The notes beneath the pieces were generated by a model, which ran no database searches, was not told where the DNA came from, and saw only the letters and a list, made by a program, of their open reading frames with translations. From Candidatus Shapirobacteria bacterium (GTDB lineage Bacteria; Patescibacteriota; Microgenomatia; UBA12405; BS750m-G30), in contig JBDRHA010000011.1 of NCBI GenBank assembly GCA_043817235.1, positions 260,622 to 324,621 of the forward strand: DNA of 64,000 nucleotides. The letters are read 5' to 3'. This document shows positions 21,350 through 32,103 of this stretch, one piece after another (within the stretch, counting starts at the first letter, position 1; each line of letters starts with the position of its first letter). The translations under genes were made by a program, and so were the position numbers.

Positions 21350-21397
21350 TTAAATTGTTTCCTGCCTTCTATTCCTGCTTTTTTTAATGATAATATA

Positions 21398-22774
21398 ATG
21401 ACCAATAAAAAGAAAATCTCTTCATTTTGGCAGGATGCTTTAGAAGAAATAAAGCTAGAGGTGGGTCCGGCAGTTTTTCAAACTCTTTTTTCGCCCACAA
21501 AAATTAAAAAAGTCAGCTTTTCTTTAAAAGAGGTGGTTTTTTCTACTTCCAGTTCCTATATTGCTGATCTTCTTTCCCGCCGCTATCGGGGCTTGATTCA
21601 GCAAGCCTTGGAAAATCAGCTGGGGTTTAAAATAAAAAAAATCGCTTTTCAGCTAAAAAAAGAAGCAAAGAGTACCGTTGATACTGGTCCCCTTTTTGCC
21701 TCACCAAATACTGCTTCTTTTCCTGTAGTAAATCACCAGCAGCAATATAATCCCAAAACCGGGCTTCATCCTAAATTTACTTTTGAAACTTTTGTAGTTG
21801 GCAATTCTAATAATGTTGCCTATGCTGCCGCTCAAGGAATTATTAAAAATCCGGGCTTGGCCTATAATCCCTTTTTTTTATGGGGGGGCGTCGGCGTAGG
21901 AAAAACCCATTTGCTTCAGGCTATTGGCCACGAGATCAGCAAAATGCATCCGTCCAAGAAAATTCTTTACAGCACCACAGAAAATTTTACCAACGAACTG
22001 GTTTCCTCTTTGCGAGAAAAGAACATGGCTCAATTCAAACAAAAGTTTAGACAGCCGGATGTTTTTTTGATTGACGATATCCAGTTTATCGCCGGAAAAG
22101 AGTATGTCCAAGAAGAATTTTTCCATACTTTTAATTCTCTGTATATTGCTGAAAAGCAAATAATTTTAACTTCCGACCGCAAACCAGAAGAAATTCACCC
22201 GGTAGAAGAAAGGCTTATTTCCCGATTTATGGGAGGGTTAACTATTGATGTTCAGTCTCCTGATTTTGAAATGAGGGTAGCCATTTTGAAACAAAAAAGC
22301 CGCAACAGGAGAATAGTTCTTCCTGAAGAAGTAATTAGTTTCATTGCGGAAACTATTATTTCCAATACTCGCGAGCTCGAAGGAGTTTTGTCTCAAATTA
22401 GCGCCCGGGCGGAAAGCGAAGAGAGCGAAATTGATCTTGAATTTGTTAAAGAGTTTTTTGGCATCAGGGCTCAAAAAAGCAAAAAAAGAGTATCTTCGCG
22501 CCGCATTTTATCTGTGGTAGGAAAATCTTTTAAAGTAAAAACCAGCGCCCTTTGTGGAAAAAGTCGAAAAAAAGACTTAGCCTTAGCCCGACACATTTGC
22601 GCTTATTTATTGCGTAAGGAATTAGAGCTACCTTTGCAAAAAATTGGCGAAATCTTAGGAGGAAGAGACCATACCACAATTATGCATGCCCAAAATAAAA
22701 TTGACCGAGCTTTTTCCACTAATCAACAAATTCGCCACCAAATCATTAATATTCAAAAGGCGATTTATCAGTAA
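21398..22774 (+). CDS. dnaA: chromosomal replication initiator DnaA
   Basis: GGVGVGKTH, IDDIQF, QEEFFH, RELEG, GGRDHTT. Confidence 0.99.
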   Translation: MTNKKKISSFWQDALEEIKLEVGPAVFQTLFSPTKIKKVSFSLKEVVFSTSSSYIADLLSRRYRGLIQQALENQLGFKIKKIAFQLKKEAKSTVDTGPLFASPNTASFPVVNHQQQYNPKTGLHPKFTFETFVVGNSNNVAYAAAQGIIKNPGLAYNPFFLWGGVGVGKTHLLQAIGHEISKMHPSKKILYSTTENFTNELVSSLREKNMAQFKQKFRQPDVFLIDDIQFIAGKEYVQEEFFHTFNSLYIAEKQIILTSDRKPEEIHPVEERLISRFMGGLTIDVQSPDFEMRVAILKQKSRNRRIVLPEEVISFIAETIISNTRELEGVLSQISARAESEESEIDLEFVKEFFGIRAQKSKKRVSSRRILSVVGKSFKVKTSALCGKSRKKDLALARHICAYLLRKELELPLQKIGEILGGRDHTTIMHAQNKIDRAFSTNQQIRHQIINIQKAIYQ

Positions 22775-23032
22775 ATGAATAGTTTTCCACAAAAGGTCTA
22801 TTTTTATCCCCAATGCTTTCAACTAAAACCAAGCAGTTTTCCGCCAAACTTAACCCGAACTGATTCCTTCGTTATAAGTCAAAATACAATAAAACAATTA
22901 AATTATCGGCAAATTTTTAGTTATAAACCGAGTATTTGGCCAGAAGCCAAGAAGGGTTGTTCACTTATTGACAACACCTACTATTACTAATACTATTTAG
23001 TAACTAATATCCTTATTAACAATATAATACTT
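22775..23032. other. oriC (dnaA-dnaN intergenic region)
   Basis: DnaA boxes TTTTCCACA 22783, TTATCCCCA 22804, TTGTTCACT/TTATTGACA 22957-22973; trio tract 22979-22996; AT-rich run; gene orientation switch. Confidence 0.85.
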
Positions 23033-24157
23033 ATGAAAATAGAAATCCTGCAAGAAGAACTGAATAAAGCTTTGGCAACCGTAAACCGCTTTGTTGATTC
23101 CCGACCTCAGCTTCCTATTTTAACTAATATTCTTTTTAGCACTAAAGGAAAGAAGCTAAAATTATCAGCTACCAATCTTAATTTGGGAATTAATTTAAAT
23201 TTGGGAGCAAAAGTAGAAAAAGAAGGCCAAATTGCTATTCCGGCGCGGGAAATTACGGAATTTATTTCCTATTTGTCGCCCGGGCCTCTTTCTTTGGAAT
23301 TAATTAATAATCAGCTAGTTGTGGCGAGCGCGAGCAATAAAGCAAGCTTTGTAGGAATTAAACCAGAGGAGTTTCCTTCTTTGCCTCAGCTTCCCTCTAA
23401 AAATACTTTTTCTTTAGAAGCCAAAAGTTTAAGTCAGGCGGTAGCTGAAGTAAGTTTTGCGGCGGCGACTGATGAAACCCGGCCGGTTTTAGCGGGTATT
23501 TATTGGGAGTTTTTAGCCAAAGAGTACAGGATGGTGGCTACTGATGGTTACCGGCTTTCTTTAAAAAAGGTAGGGTTAAAAAAAGAAGTAGCTTCGGATA
23601 AGAAAAAAGTGATTTTCTTACTGCCGGCAAGAAGTTTGGCCGAAGTTGTTCGTTTAACTGACGCTGATTTTGTTGAAGTGGGCTTAACCAAAGAAGAGAA
23701 CCAGGTAGTTTTTGGCTTAGGCAATGCTCAAATTTCTTCCCGACTTTTGGAAGGAGAATTCCCGGAATTTGAAAAAATTATTCCGACAACCAGTAAAACC
23801 CGAGTTTGGGTGGACAAAACAGATTTACATTCGGCTACTAAAACAGCTTCGGTTTTTGCTAAGGAAAAAGCTAATATTGTTATTTTGGAAATTAGCAAAA
23901 AGGAGATTGTTATTAGAGCCGATGCTCCGCAAATGGGCGAAAATCAAAGTATTGTGGCGGCCAAAGTAGAAGGCGAGCCTTTGAAGATTGCTTTTAATTT
24001 TAAGTTTTTACTGGATTTTATTAATGCCGCACCTCAAGAGGAAAATAATTTGCTTTTGGAATTTACCCAAGGCCTGTCTCCGGCTTTATTTAAAATAGAA
24101 GGCGATGATACTTGGCTTCAAGTTATTATGCCTGTCCGGCTAGAAAACGAAGAATAA
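23033..24157 (+). CDS. dnaN: DNA polymerase III beta clamp
   Basis: LPILTN, RPVLAG, VATDGYRL, VIMPVR. Confidence 0.98.
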   Translation: MKIEILQEELNKALATVNRFVDSRPQLPILTNILFSTKGKKLKLSATNLNLGINLNLGAKVEKEGQIAIPAREITEFISYLSPGPLSLELINNQLVVASASNKASFVGIKPEEFPSLPQLPSKNTFSLEAKSLSQAVAEVSFAAATDETRPVLAGIYWEFLAKEYRMVATDGYRLSLKKVGLKKEVASDKKKVIFLLPARSLAEVVRLTDADFVEVGLTKEENQVVFGLGNAQISSRLLEGEFPEFEKIIPTTSKTRVWVDKTDLHSATKTASVFAKEKANIVILEISKKEIVIRADAPQMGENQSIVAAKVEGEPLKIAFNFKFLLDFINAAPQEENNLLLEFTQGLSPALFKIEGDDTWLQVIMPVRLENEE

Positions 24158-25008
24158 TGGTATCCAGAAAATCCGGTTTTACGCCTTTGCCTATTTCTCA
24201 ACTGGAAAGATTAAGCATTAAACTGCGACGCAAGGTAATTACTAGCCTTTATCAAGCCGGATCCGGCCACCCGGCTGGCAGTTTGTCCAGTATAGATATT
24301 TTAATTGCCTTATATTTTGGTGGAATTTTAAAGTATCAAGCTCAAGACCCGGGTTGGCTGGAGAGGGACCGGTTTTTACTTTCTGCCGGCCACTATTGCC
24401 CGGCGCTTTATACAGTTTTGGCTGAGGCTGGTTTTTTTCCAGAGCAAGAACTGAGCGCTTTGCGCTCTTTTGGCTCTGGCCTTCAAGGTCATCCGGAAAA
24501 GGGTAAATTGGCGGGAGTGGAAACAAGCAGCGGCAGTCTTGGGCAGGGATTATCTTTGGGAGTGGGATTAGCCTTGGCTGCTAAAAAAGAACGGAGATTT
24601 GATTATAATGTTTTTATTTTGCTTTCTGATGCTGAGCACCAAGAGGGTCAAATTTGGGAAGCAGTGATGAGCGCTTATAAGTTTAAGTTGAATAATTTGG
24701 TGGCCATTGTAGATCGCAACCAAATTCAAATTGGCGGCTTAACTTCCCGGATTATGCCCCTAGATTCTTTGACCAATAAATATCGCTCTTTTGGCTGGCA
24801 GGTGATAGAAACCAATGGCCATGAGTTTCGCCGCCTGCTTACCGCTCTTCATCAGGCTCGCACCGAAAGACAAAAGCCTTCGGTAGTGGTAGCAGATACT
24901 ATTGCTGGCAAAGGAGTTTCTTTCATGGAAGGAAAGGCTTGCTGGCACGATAAAGCGCTAACTGAACAAGATTGGCAAAGAGCTCTGGGAAGTTTAAAAG
25001 GGAAGTGA
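24157..25008 (+). CDS. transketolase, N-terminal subunit
   Basis: GSGHP, DRFLLSAGH, LQGHP, GSLGQG, SDAEHQEG. Confidence 0.92.
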   Translation: MVSRKSGFTPLPISQLERLSIKLRRKVITSLYQAGSGHPAGSLSSIDILIALYFGGILKYQAQDPGWLERDRFLLSAGHYCPALYTVLAEAGFFPEQELSALRSFGSGLQGHPEKGKLAGVETSSGSLGQGLSLGVGLALAAKKERRFDYNVFILLSDAEHQEGQIWEAVMSAYKFKLNNLVAIVDRNQIQIGGLTSRIMPLDSLTNKYRSFGWQVIETNGHEFRRLLTALHQARTERQKPSVVVADTIAGKGVSFMEGKACWHDKALTEQDWQRALGSLKGK

Positions 25009-26132
25009 AAAAAAAACTAAAAGTTGCTCTTGTCCATGATTATTTAATTGACTATGCTGGGGCGGAAAGAGTTTTGTCTGCTTTAAAAGAAGTTTATCCT
25101 CAGTCTCCGGTTTATGTTTCTATTTATAAGCCGGAGTTGCTAGGCCCTTTTAAAAATAAAGTTAAAAATTGGGAAATCAAAGCTTCCTGGTTTCAAAAAA
25201 TTCCTTGGCCTGCAAAACTAATTTCTCCTTTGCGTTTTTTTCTTCCTCTAATTTGGGAAAGTTTTGATTTTCAAGGCTATGATCTGGTAATCTCTTCTTC
25301 TTCCTGGGCAATGCCGAAAGGAGTAATTACTGCTCCGGAAACTTTACATATCTGCTATTGCCATACGCCGCCTCGCTCTTTGTATGGCTATCCTACTACT
25401 CGCTCTTGGCAAAAATATTGGTTAATTAGAGCTTATGCTAAAGCAATTAATGGGTTTTTAAAAAAATATGACCGAGTCTCTTCGGCTAGGGTTGATTATT
25501 TTATTGCTAATTCTAAAGAAGTGAAGGGACGGATTAAGAAGTTTTACCAGCGAGGTTCTCAAGTTATTAATCCACCGGTGGAAATACCCAAAAAAATCAA
25601 GAAAGCAAAGATCACTAAAGACTCCCCTTATTTCTTTGTTTCTCGCTTGGTCGGCCCGAAAAATCCGGATTGGGCGATCAAGGCTTGCGGCGAATTAAAA
25701 AGACCGCTTTTGTTAGCCGGAGGAGGGTTATTGGCCAATAAGGTTAAGAAGCTAGCAAGCTGTTATTCAAATATTAGCTATTTGGGAAGGGTTAGTGATG
25801 CTCAGCTAGCCAAGCTTTACACTTCTTGTCGGGCGGTAATTTATCCAGTGATAGAAGAGGACTTTGGAATTGTTCCAGTAGAGGCGGCCGCGTACGGCAA
25901 GCCAGTAATTGCTCACTTTTCCGGCGGAGCAAAAGAGACGGTAAAGGACGGCGTAACCGGAGTGTTTTTTAAAGGAAAAGGAATAGAGTCATTAAAAAAA
26001 GCAATTTTGCAGTTTGAAAAAAGGGAAAATAAATTTGACTCAAAAGTGATTAGGTCTTGGGCCAAGAAATTTTCCAAAAAAAGATTTAAAAAAGAAATAA
26101 AAGACTTTGTGGAGGAAAAGCTAAATGCCTGA
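25005..26132 (+). CDS. GT4 glycosyltransferase
   Basis: VALVHDYL..GAERV, YCHTPPR, EDFGIVPVEA. Confidence 0.92.
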   Translation: MKKKLKVALVHDYLIDYAGAERVLSALKEVYPQSPVYVSIYKPELLGPFKNKVKNWEIKASWFQKIPWPAKLISPLRFFLPLIWESFDFQGYDLVISSSSWAMPKGVITAPETLHICYCHTPPRSLYGYPTTRSWQKYWLIRAYAKAINGFLKKYDRVSSARVDYFIANSKEVKGRIKKFYQRGSQVINPPVEIPKKIKKAKITKDSPYFFVSRLVGPKNPDWAIKACGELKRPLLLAGGGLLANKVKKLASCYSNISYLGRVSDAQLAKLYTSCRAVIYPVIEEDFGIVPVEAAAYGKPVIAHFSGGAKETVKDGVTGVFFKGKGIESLKKAILQFEKRENKFDSKVIRSWAKKFSKKRFKKEIKDFVEEKLNA

Positions 26133-26940
26133 GCTGCCGGAGATAGAAACTATTAAAAAAGGATTGGAAAAGCTGATTGTCGGAAAAAAAATAAAAAGTA
26201 TCTCTGCCGCTAGTCCTAAACAAATAAAACCTTCTTTAAAAGAGGTTAAAAAAAATATTGTTGGTAAAAAAATTAAAAAAGTAAAAAGAAGAGGAAAGCT
26301 TTTATTAATTATTTTAGAAAAAAACTTGGTTTTGGGAGTTCATTTAAAGATGACCGGAAGACTTTTTTTCCGAATAAAAATTGATCCGGAAGACGACTAT
26401 CAAAGGGCAGTAATTAGTCTTTCAGAAGGTGCTGAATTAAGATTAAGTGATTTGCGCAAATTTGCTTATATTCGGCTAATTAAAGGGAAAAACAATTTAG
26501 ATAATATTTTAAACGAGTTTGGCCCGGAACCTTTTTCCGATCTAAGCTTTTCTTATTTTAAAAAACTTCTATCGTCAACTTCACGATCAATAAAAGTATT
26601 ATTAATGGATCAAAGCAAGATTTCTGGAATTGGCAATATTTATGCCAATGAGGCCCTGTTTTTGGCTCGTCTTGATCCTAGAAAGAGCGCTAATGAAATT
26701 AGTGAAAAAAAAGTAAAAAAACTGTATGAAGCGATTTTAGAAGTACTAAAAAGGGGTTTGCAATATCGGGGAGCCTCAGATCAGTATTATTTAGACGCGA
26801 AAGGGGAAAAAGGCTCTTATCAAGACCATTTTTTGGTTTACAAAAGAGAGGGTCAAAAATGCTTCGGTTGCCCAGGAAAAGTAAAAAGAATAAAACTAGG
26901 CGGCCGGGGCACTTTTTTTTGCCCGGCTTGCCAAAAATAA
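26125..26940 (+). CDS. mutM: formamidopyrimidine-DNA glycosylase
   Basis: PELPE, RRGK, HLKMTG, GIGNIYANE, C-terminal zinc finger. Confidence 0.97.
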   Translation: MPELPEIETIKKGLEKLIVGKKIKSISAASPKQIKPSLKEVKKNIVGKKIKKVKRRGKLLLIILEKNLVLGVHLKMTGRLFFRIKIDPEDDYQRAVISLSEGAELRLSDLRKFAYIRLIKGKNNLDNILNEFGPEPFSDLSFSYFKKLLSSTSRSIKVLLMDQSKISGIGNIYANEALFLARLDPRKSANEISEKKVKKLYEAILEVLKRGLQYRGASDQYYLDAKGEKGSYQDHFLVYKREGQKCFGCPGKVKRIKLGGRGTFFCPACQK

Positions 26941-26945
26941 AAAAC

Positions 26946-28016
26946 ATGTGGCTGGAAAAACTAAAATTAACGAACTTTCGCAGTTATTCAAAAGCGGAAT
27001 TTTCTTTTGCTTCGAAAACTAATTTAATCTTAGGCTCAAACGCGATCGGAAAAACAAATCTTTTGGAAGCGATATATTTGTTAGGCACCGGCCTTTCTTT
27101 TCGGGCTGAGGTTGCCGGGCAAATGATTAGCTGGCAAAAAGATTTTGGAGTAGCGGAAGGGAAAGTGAAAGAGAGCCAAGAAGAAGTAAACTTGCTTATT
27201 CAATTGCAAAAAACTCCGGGGGGATTAACGAAAAAAAACTTTTTACTAGATGGTTTGGCAAAATCCAGAAAACTTTTTTTGCCTAATTTTTTTACGGTTT
27301 GTTTTCGGCCGGAAGATATTCGTCTGGTTTCCGGCCCTCCGGAGCGGCGAAGAAAACTGATAGACGAAATTTTGCTGGTTTTAGACTGGCGCTATCAGCA
27401 GAGTTTGCGGGTTTACAACAAGGCTTTAAAACAACGCAACCGGCTTTTGGATGAAATTAAAGAGAGAAAATCCCAATTTTCCGAGCTCTTTTATTGGGAT
27501 AGTGCTTTAATTAAGAATGGCCAGTTTTTAACCGAACAGCGAAAAAAACTGGTAGATTTTTTTAACCAATTTCTTTTTTCTTCTCCTCATCAATTTCTTT
27601 CCCAAATTAGCTTGGCTTATCTGCCCAATCCTGTAACCAGCCAAAGGTTAAGAAACTCTTTAAAAAAAGATGTAGAAAGTGGCTATACAGGCGTTGGGCC
27701 GCATAAGGACATATTTTTTATTGAAAGCCGGCAGTTTAAGGCGGCGAATAAAAATATTGCTTTTTGGGGTTCACGCGCTCAGCAGAGGCTTGCGGTTTTA
27801 GGCCTAAAATTGGCTCAGCTGGAGCATATTTATCAACAAACTAAAAGGAGACCGGTTCTGCTTTTGGATGATATCTTTTCTGAGCTGGACCCGGTTCAGC
27901 AAAAATTACTTCAAAAAATTTTTACTGACCACCAGGTTATTATTACTAGTTCTCACCCTCTATCTTTAGATTATTTTTCTTTTGAAAACCAGATTGTTTT
28001 AAAGGAGGACAAGTGA
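26946..28016 (+). CDS. recF: DNA repair protein RecF
   Basis: NFRSY, GSNAIGKTN, GPHKD, LLLDDIFSELD. Confidence 0.95.
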   Translation: MWLEKLKLTNFRSYSKAEFSFASKTNLILGSNAIGKTNLLEAIYLLGTGLSFRAEVAGQMISWQKDFGVAEGKVKESQEEVNLLIQLQKTPGGLTKKNFLLDGLAKSRKLFLPNFFTVCFRPEDIRLVSGPPERRRKLIDEILLVLDWRYQQSLRVYNKALKQRNRLLDEIKERKSQFSELFYWDSALIKNGQFLTEQRKKLVDFFNQFLFSSPHQFLSQISLAYLPNPVTSQRLRNSLKKDVESGYTGVGPHKDIFFIESRQFKAANKNIAFWGSRAQQRLAVLGLKLAQLEHIYQQTKRRPVLLLDDIFSELDPVQQKLLQKIFTDHQVIITSSHPLSLDYFSFENQIVLKEDK

Positions 28017-29098
28017 ACTCCAGATTTTTTCGAGCGGTTTTTTTATTAATCGGGACAATAATTGGGGCAGGCATTTTTGCCCTTCCCTTTGCTTTTATGC
28101 TTTCCGGAAGCTTGTTTAGTATTTTAGGCTTAGTTGCCTTAGGCCTGGTTACTTTAATAATTAATCTTTTTTACGCCCAGATTATTGTAAAAACCTCAGG
28201 TGATCATCAGTTGGCTGGTTATGTAGAAAGGTATTTGGGAAGAAAATATAAATGGCTAGCCGTTTTTTCGCTGTTTTTAATTTGCTGGGGAGCCAGCTTA
28301 GCTTATGTGATTTTAGGCGGAGATTTTTTAGGCTTGGCTTTCGGCCAAGCTAGCCAGCCTCTTTTTTCTTTGCTTTTTTGGTGCTGGGGAGCGTTTTTAA
28401 TTTGGGGAGGAATAAAAACTATTAGCTTGGTAGAAAGCTGGCTTTCTTTGCTTTTAGTTGGGGCTTGTTTGCTTCTTCCTGTTTTGGGCTCACCCTTTTT
28501 TAGAAAAGAGAATTTAATCTTGCCCGCCCAGTCTTCTTTTGCTTTTTGCGGACCGGCCTTGTTTGCTCTTTCGGGATTGAGTGTGATTCCGGAAGCAGAA
28601 GAGATATTAAGAAAGAAACGCTCTCTGCTTCCTTTGGCTATTTTTTGGGGCGTTTTGATTCCGGTGGTTGTTTATCTTGTTTTTGTTCTGGGGATTTTGG
28701 GAGTAAGCGGGGGAGCAACCAGCGTTGACGCCTTATCGGGCTTGCTTTATTACTCTCCTGCCTTGGTAAAGATCGGTGCTTTGGCGGGAGTGCTGGCTAC
28801 CTTTACTTCTTTTTTATCATTAGGCAATGTTTTGCGCGAGTTGTTTTTTCAAGACTTAAAGTGGAGCGTTAAAAGCGCTCGTTTTTGGGCGGTGTTTAGC
28901 TCTTTGCCCGCTGTTTGCCTGCCTCTTTTTTATTTTTTGCCGATTATTTCCTTAACCGGTTCCCTGGCTATTGGGCTGGCTAGTTTTTTAGTATTGTTTA
29001 TTTTTCTAAAAAGATTTGCCCAAAGCCTTCCTGAAAAACTTTTGGCTTGGGCGGCAGGGTTAGTTTTGCTGGGAGGAATAGTTTCTAGCTTGGTTTAA
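28013..29098 (+). CDS. aromatic amino acid permease family transporter
   Basis: IGTIIGAGIFALP, about 11 TMs. Confidence 0.85.
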   Translation: MNSRFFRAVFLLIGTIIGAGIFALPFAFMLSGSLFSILGLVALGLVTLIINLFYAQIIVKTSGDHQLAGYVERYLGRKYKWLAVFSLFLICWGASLAYVILGGDFLGLAFGQASQPLFSLLFWCWGAFLIWGGIKTISLVESWLSLLLVGACLLLPVLGSPFFRKENLILPAQSSFAFCGPALFALSGLSVIPEAEEILRKKRSLLPLAIFWGVLIPVVVYLVFVLGILGVSGGATSVDALSGLLYYSPALVKIGALAGVLATFTSFLSLGNVLRELFFQDLKWSVKSARFWAVFSSLPAVCLPLFYFLPIISLTGSLAIGLASFLVLFIFLKRFAQSLPEKLLAWAAGLVLLGGIVSSLV

Positions 29099-29118
29099 GC
29101 CAGGTGGTAAAATAAGCC

Positions 29119-30906
29119 ATGGACCAGATTGAAGAACTAAAGCAAAAGACAGACATTGTGGAGCTGATTAGCTCTTTTATGCCTTTAAAAAAAGCTGGCC
29201 GTAATTTCAAAGGCTTATGCCCATTTCACTCGGAAAAAACCCCTTCGTTTATGGTTTCTCCTCAGCTCCAAATTTTTAAATGCTTTGGCTGTGATGCTGC
29301 TGGGGACGCTATTGAGTTTTTGCGGAAATACGAACGAATGGATTTTTGGGAGGCAGCTGAGTTTTTGGCTAATCGAGCTGGGGTAAAATTAAAAAAAACC
29401 CTTTCGGCCGGCCCGGATGAACTTTTGCGCAAAAAACTTTATGATCTGCATCGCCAAGCTGGAGATTTTTATCACTTTTTGCTTGTCCGGCACAGCCAGG
29501 GAAAAACAGCCTTGGCTTATTTAAATAATCGAGGAATTAAATCAAAAGCAATTACTGCTTTTAAAATCGGCTTTTCTTCTTTAGATCCTTTAGCTACGGC
29601 AAAATTTTTGCTAAAGAAAAAATTTACTAAAGAAGAAATTATTACATCCGGCTTGGGGCTACCCTCTTCTTATCAGCCGGGTGAACTTTTTGACCGTTTT
29701 CGGGGAAGACTTGTTTTTCCCTTGCATGATCATCGGGGCAACCCTATTGCTTTTTCCGGAAGGTTGATTCCAGGCCTGCTGAAAAATGAGGAAAAATTGG
29801 GGAAATATATTAATTCTCCCGAAACTCCGGTCTACCATAAATCCAGAAACTTATTTGGCTTATGGCTTACCAAAGAAAATATTAAGAAGAAGAACCAAGC
29901 GCTGGTGGTGGAAGGAGAACTGGATTTAATTTCTCCCTGGCAGGCGGGAGTGAAAAATGTGGTAGCTCTTAAGGGAACGGCCTTTACTCAAGATCAGGTG
30001 CGCTTAATTAAGCGCTTTAGTGATCAGCTGATATTGGCTTTAGATGAGGATGCGGCTGGTGACCGAGCGGCTTTGCGCAGTTTCCAGCTAGCTCAAGGAG
30101 AGGGCCTAGAGGTGCGCGCCTTAGATCTTCGGGGAAAATTTAAAGATCCGGATGAGGCCGTACAAAAAAATCTGGAATTTTTTAAAAAAGCCCTAAAAAA
30201 AACCTTGCCGGTTTGGGATTATGTAATAAAAACAATGATTAAAAAACATCAGACCGGTAAAAAAAAGCTCTCCATTGAGGCAAAAAAGAAGATTTTAAAA
30301 GAGTCCTTAGTTTTTTTGACTCAGATTGAAAATGAGGTGGAAAAAGATTATTATTTGCGCAAACTGGCCAGATTACTAAAGGTTTCTCAGCTCGCTGTTT
30401 TGCAGGAGGCCCAAAAATTATCCAGCAAACAAGCTCCCTTTTTGGCTGAAAGCGGGCCGCCCGACTTGGCCAAAGAGCCGATTTCTTTGCGCCGCGAAAT
30501 AACAGAAGGCTATTTGCTAGGTTTGATTTTTGCTTTCTCCTCGCCTGCAAAATATTTAAATAAAAAAACTAATTCTTTGTTTAAGACCTGGCGCTACCAG
30601 CGGCTTTTTAATCAAGCCCGATCTTTTGCTAAAAAGGGCAAGTTTTTACCCGGAAAGTTTTTAGCGAGCTTGGATCCGGAATTAAAAAATCCTTTTGTGG
30701 AGATATTCATCAAGGTTCAAGACCAGGGATCTGAGGAAAAGGAGATAAGCTGCACGGTTAAGGTGCTTGAAGGCTTGAGTCTTAAAGAGGAGTTGGAAAA
30801 ACTAAGCAGCGAATTAGCTTTAGCGGAAAAACAGGGCCTAGAAAACAAAGTAAGAAAACTGGAAAAAAAGTTTACGGCCTTAGCCAAAAACCTTTCTTGC
30901 AGTTAG
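29119..30906 (+). CDS. dnaG: DNA primase
   Basis: [28 protein letters not shown]. Confidence 0.98.
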   Translation: MDQIEELKQKTDIVELISSFMPLKKAGRNFKGLCPFHSEKTPSFMVSPQLQIFKCFGCDAAGDAIEFLRKYERMDFWEAAEFLANRAGVKLKKTLSAGPDELLRKKLYDLHRQAGDFYHFLLVRHSQGKTALAYLNNRGIKSKAITAFKIGFSSLDPLATAKFLLKKKFTKEEIITSGLGLPSSYQPGELFDRFRGRLVFPLHDHRGNPIAFSGRLIPGLLKNEEKLGKYINSPETPVYHKSRNLFGLWLTKENIKKKNQALVVEGELDLISPWQAGVKNVVALKGTAFTQDQVRLIKRFSDQLILALDEDAAGDRAALRSFQLAQGEGLEVRALDLRGKFKDPDEAVQKNLEFFKKALKKTLPVWDYVIKTMIKKHQTGKKKLSIEAKKKILKESLVFLTQIENEVEKDYYLRKLARLLKVSQLAVLQEAQKLSSKQAPFLAESGPPDLAKEPISLRREITEGYLLGLIFAFSSPAKYLNKKTNSLFKTWRYQRLFNQARSFAKKGKFLPGKFLASLDPELKNPFVEIFIKVQDQGSEEKEISCTVKVLEGLSLKEELEKLSSELALAEKQGLENKVRKLEKKFTALAKNLSCS

Positions 30907-30932
30907 GAAGAGCAGATGATAAAATTAGCCCT

Positions 30933-32039
30933 ATGCTGAAAGCACAAAAATCCCCATCTTCGCCTGCAAGCTTTAATAGAGTGGTGAAAAGACTGGTTGC
31001 CTTGGGCCGGAAACAAGGCTTTTTAACTCAGGATGTGGTATTAGAAAAAGTTGCCCAGCCCCAGGACCACATAGAATCTTTAGATGATTTTTATGATACT
31101 TTGTTTCGGGCAGGGGTGGATATTTTTGAAGGAGTTTCTTTTAAAGAAATAAAAGAAGCAGAAAAAGATAGTCATCATCGGACACCCTTGCTTTCTTTGC
31201 TAAGCAATAAAGGCATCACCGATCCGGTAAGAATGTATTTGCGGGAAATAGGCAAAGTGTCTTTGCTTACTGGCCCGCAAGAAGTGGATCTTGCCCAGAG
31301 GATTGAACAAGGATCTTCAGATGCCAGAAAAGACCTAATTGAAGCGAATTTAAGGCTGGTAGTTTCTATTGCCAAAAAATATATTTCCCGAGGTCTTTCC
31401 TTTTTGGACCTTATTCAAGAAGGCAACCAAGGACTGATGAAGGCTGTAGAAAAGTTTGATTGGAGGCGCGGCTATAAATTTTCCACCTATGCCACTTGGT
31501 GGATTAGGCAGGCAATTACCCGGGCGATTGCTGACCAGGCCAGAACTATTCGGATTCCGGTGCATATGGTGGAAACAATGAACAAAGTATTTAAAACTTC
31601 CCGCGAGCTATCTCAGAAACTGGGCCGAGAACCGACCAAAAAAGAAATTGCGGAAGCGGCCGATTTGCCCAAAGGCAAAATTGACGATATTTACCGGATT
31701 TCCCAGTCTACTGCTTCTTTGGCTGCTCCAGTGGGAGATGAGGACGATTCCTTTTTGGGTGATTTTATTGAGGACGTTACTTCACCTTCTCCTTATGATG
31801 AAACCTCTAAAGAGCTTTTAAAAGAATCAATTGCCGGTGTTTTGGATTCTTTAGATGAGCGTGAGGCAAAAGTTTTAGAGCTGAGGTTTGGCTTGGCCGG
31901 CCAGCCGCCTAAAACCCTAGAAGAAGTGGGAAAAACTTTTGGCGTGACTCGTGAGCGTATTCGTCAGATCGAGGCCAAAGCTTTGCGCAAGCTTCGCCAC
32001 CCCTCCAGGCGCAAAAAACTCCAGGATTATCTTTCTTAA
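30933..32039 (+). CDS. rpoD: primary sigma factor
   Basis: [34 protein letters not shown]. Confidence 0.97.
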   Translation: MLKAQKSPSSPASFNRVVKRLVALGRKQGFLTQDVVLEKVAQPQDHIESLDDFYDTLFRAGVDIFEGVSFKEIKEAEKDSHHRTPLLSLLSNKGITDPVRMYLREIGKVSLLTGPQEVDLAQRIEQGSSDARKDLIEANLRLVVSIAKKYISRGLSFLDLIQEGNQGLMKAVEKFDWRRGYKFSTYATWWIRQAITRAIADQARTIRIPVHMVETMNKVFKTSRELSQKLGREPTKKEIAEAADLPKGKIDDIYRISQSTASLAAPVGDEDDSFLGDFIEDVTSPSPYDETSKELLKESIAGVLDSLDEREAKVLELRFGLAGQPPKTLEEVGKTFGVTRERIRQIEAKALRKLRHPSRRKKLQDYLS

Positions 32040-32103
32040 CCGCCCACCACTCCGTCTTGTAGAATTCTACTCATTATTTTAATAATAACACAGGATGGGC
32101 TGG

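Noticed and set aside
22775-22990. 71-aa ORF between dnaA and dnaN
   Set aside because: It overlaps DnaA boxes and trios; this is oriC
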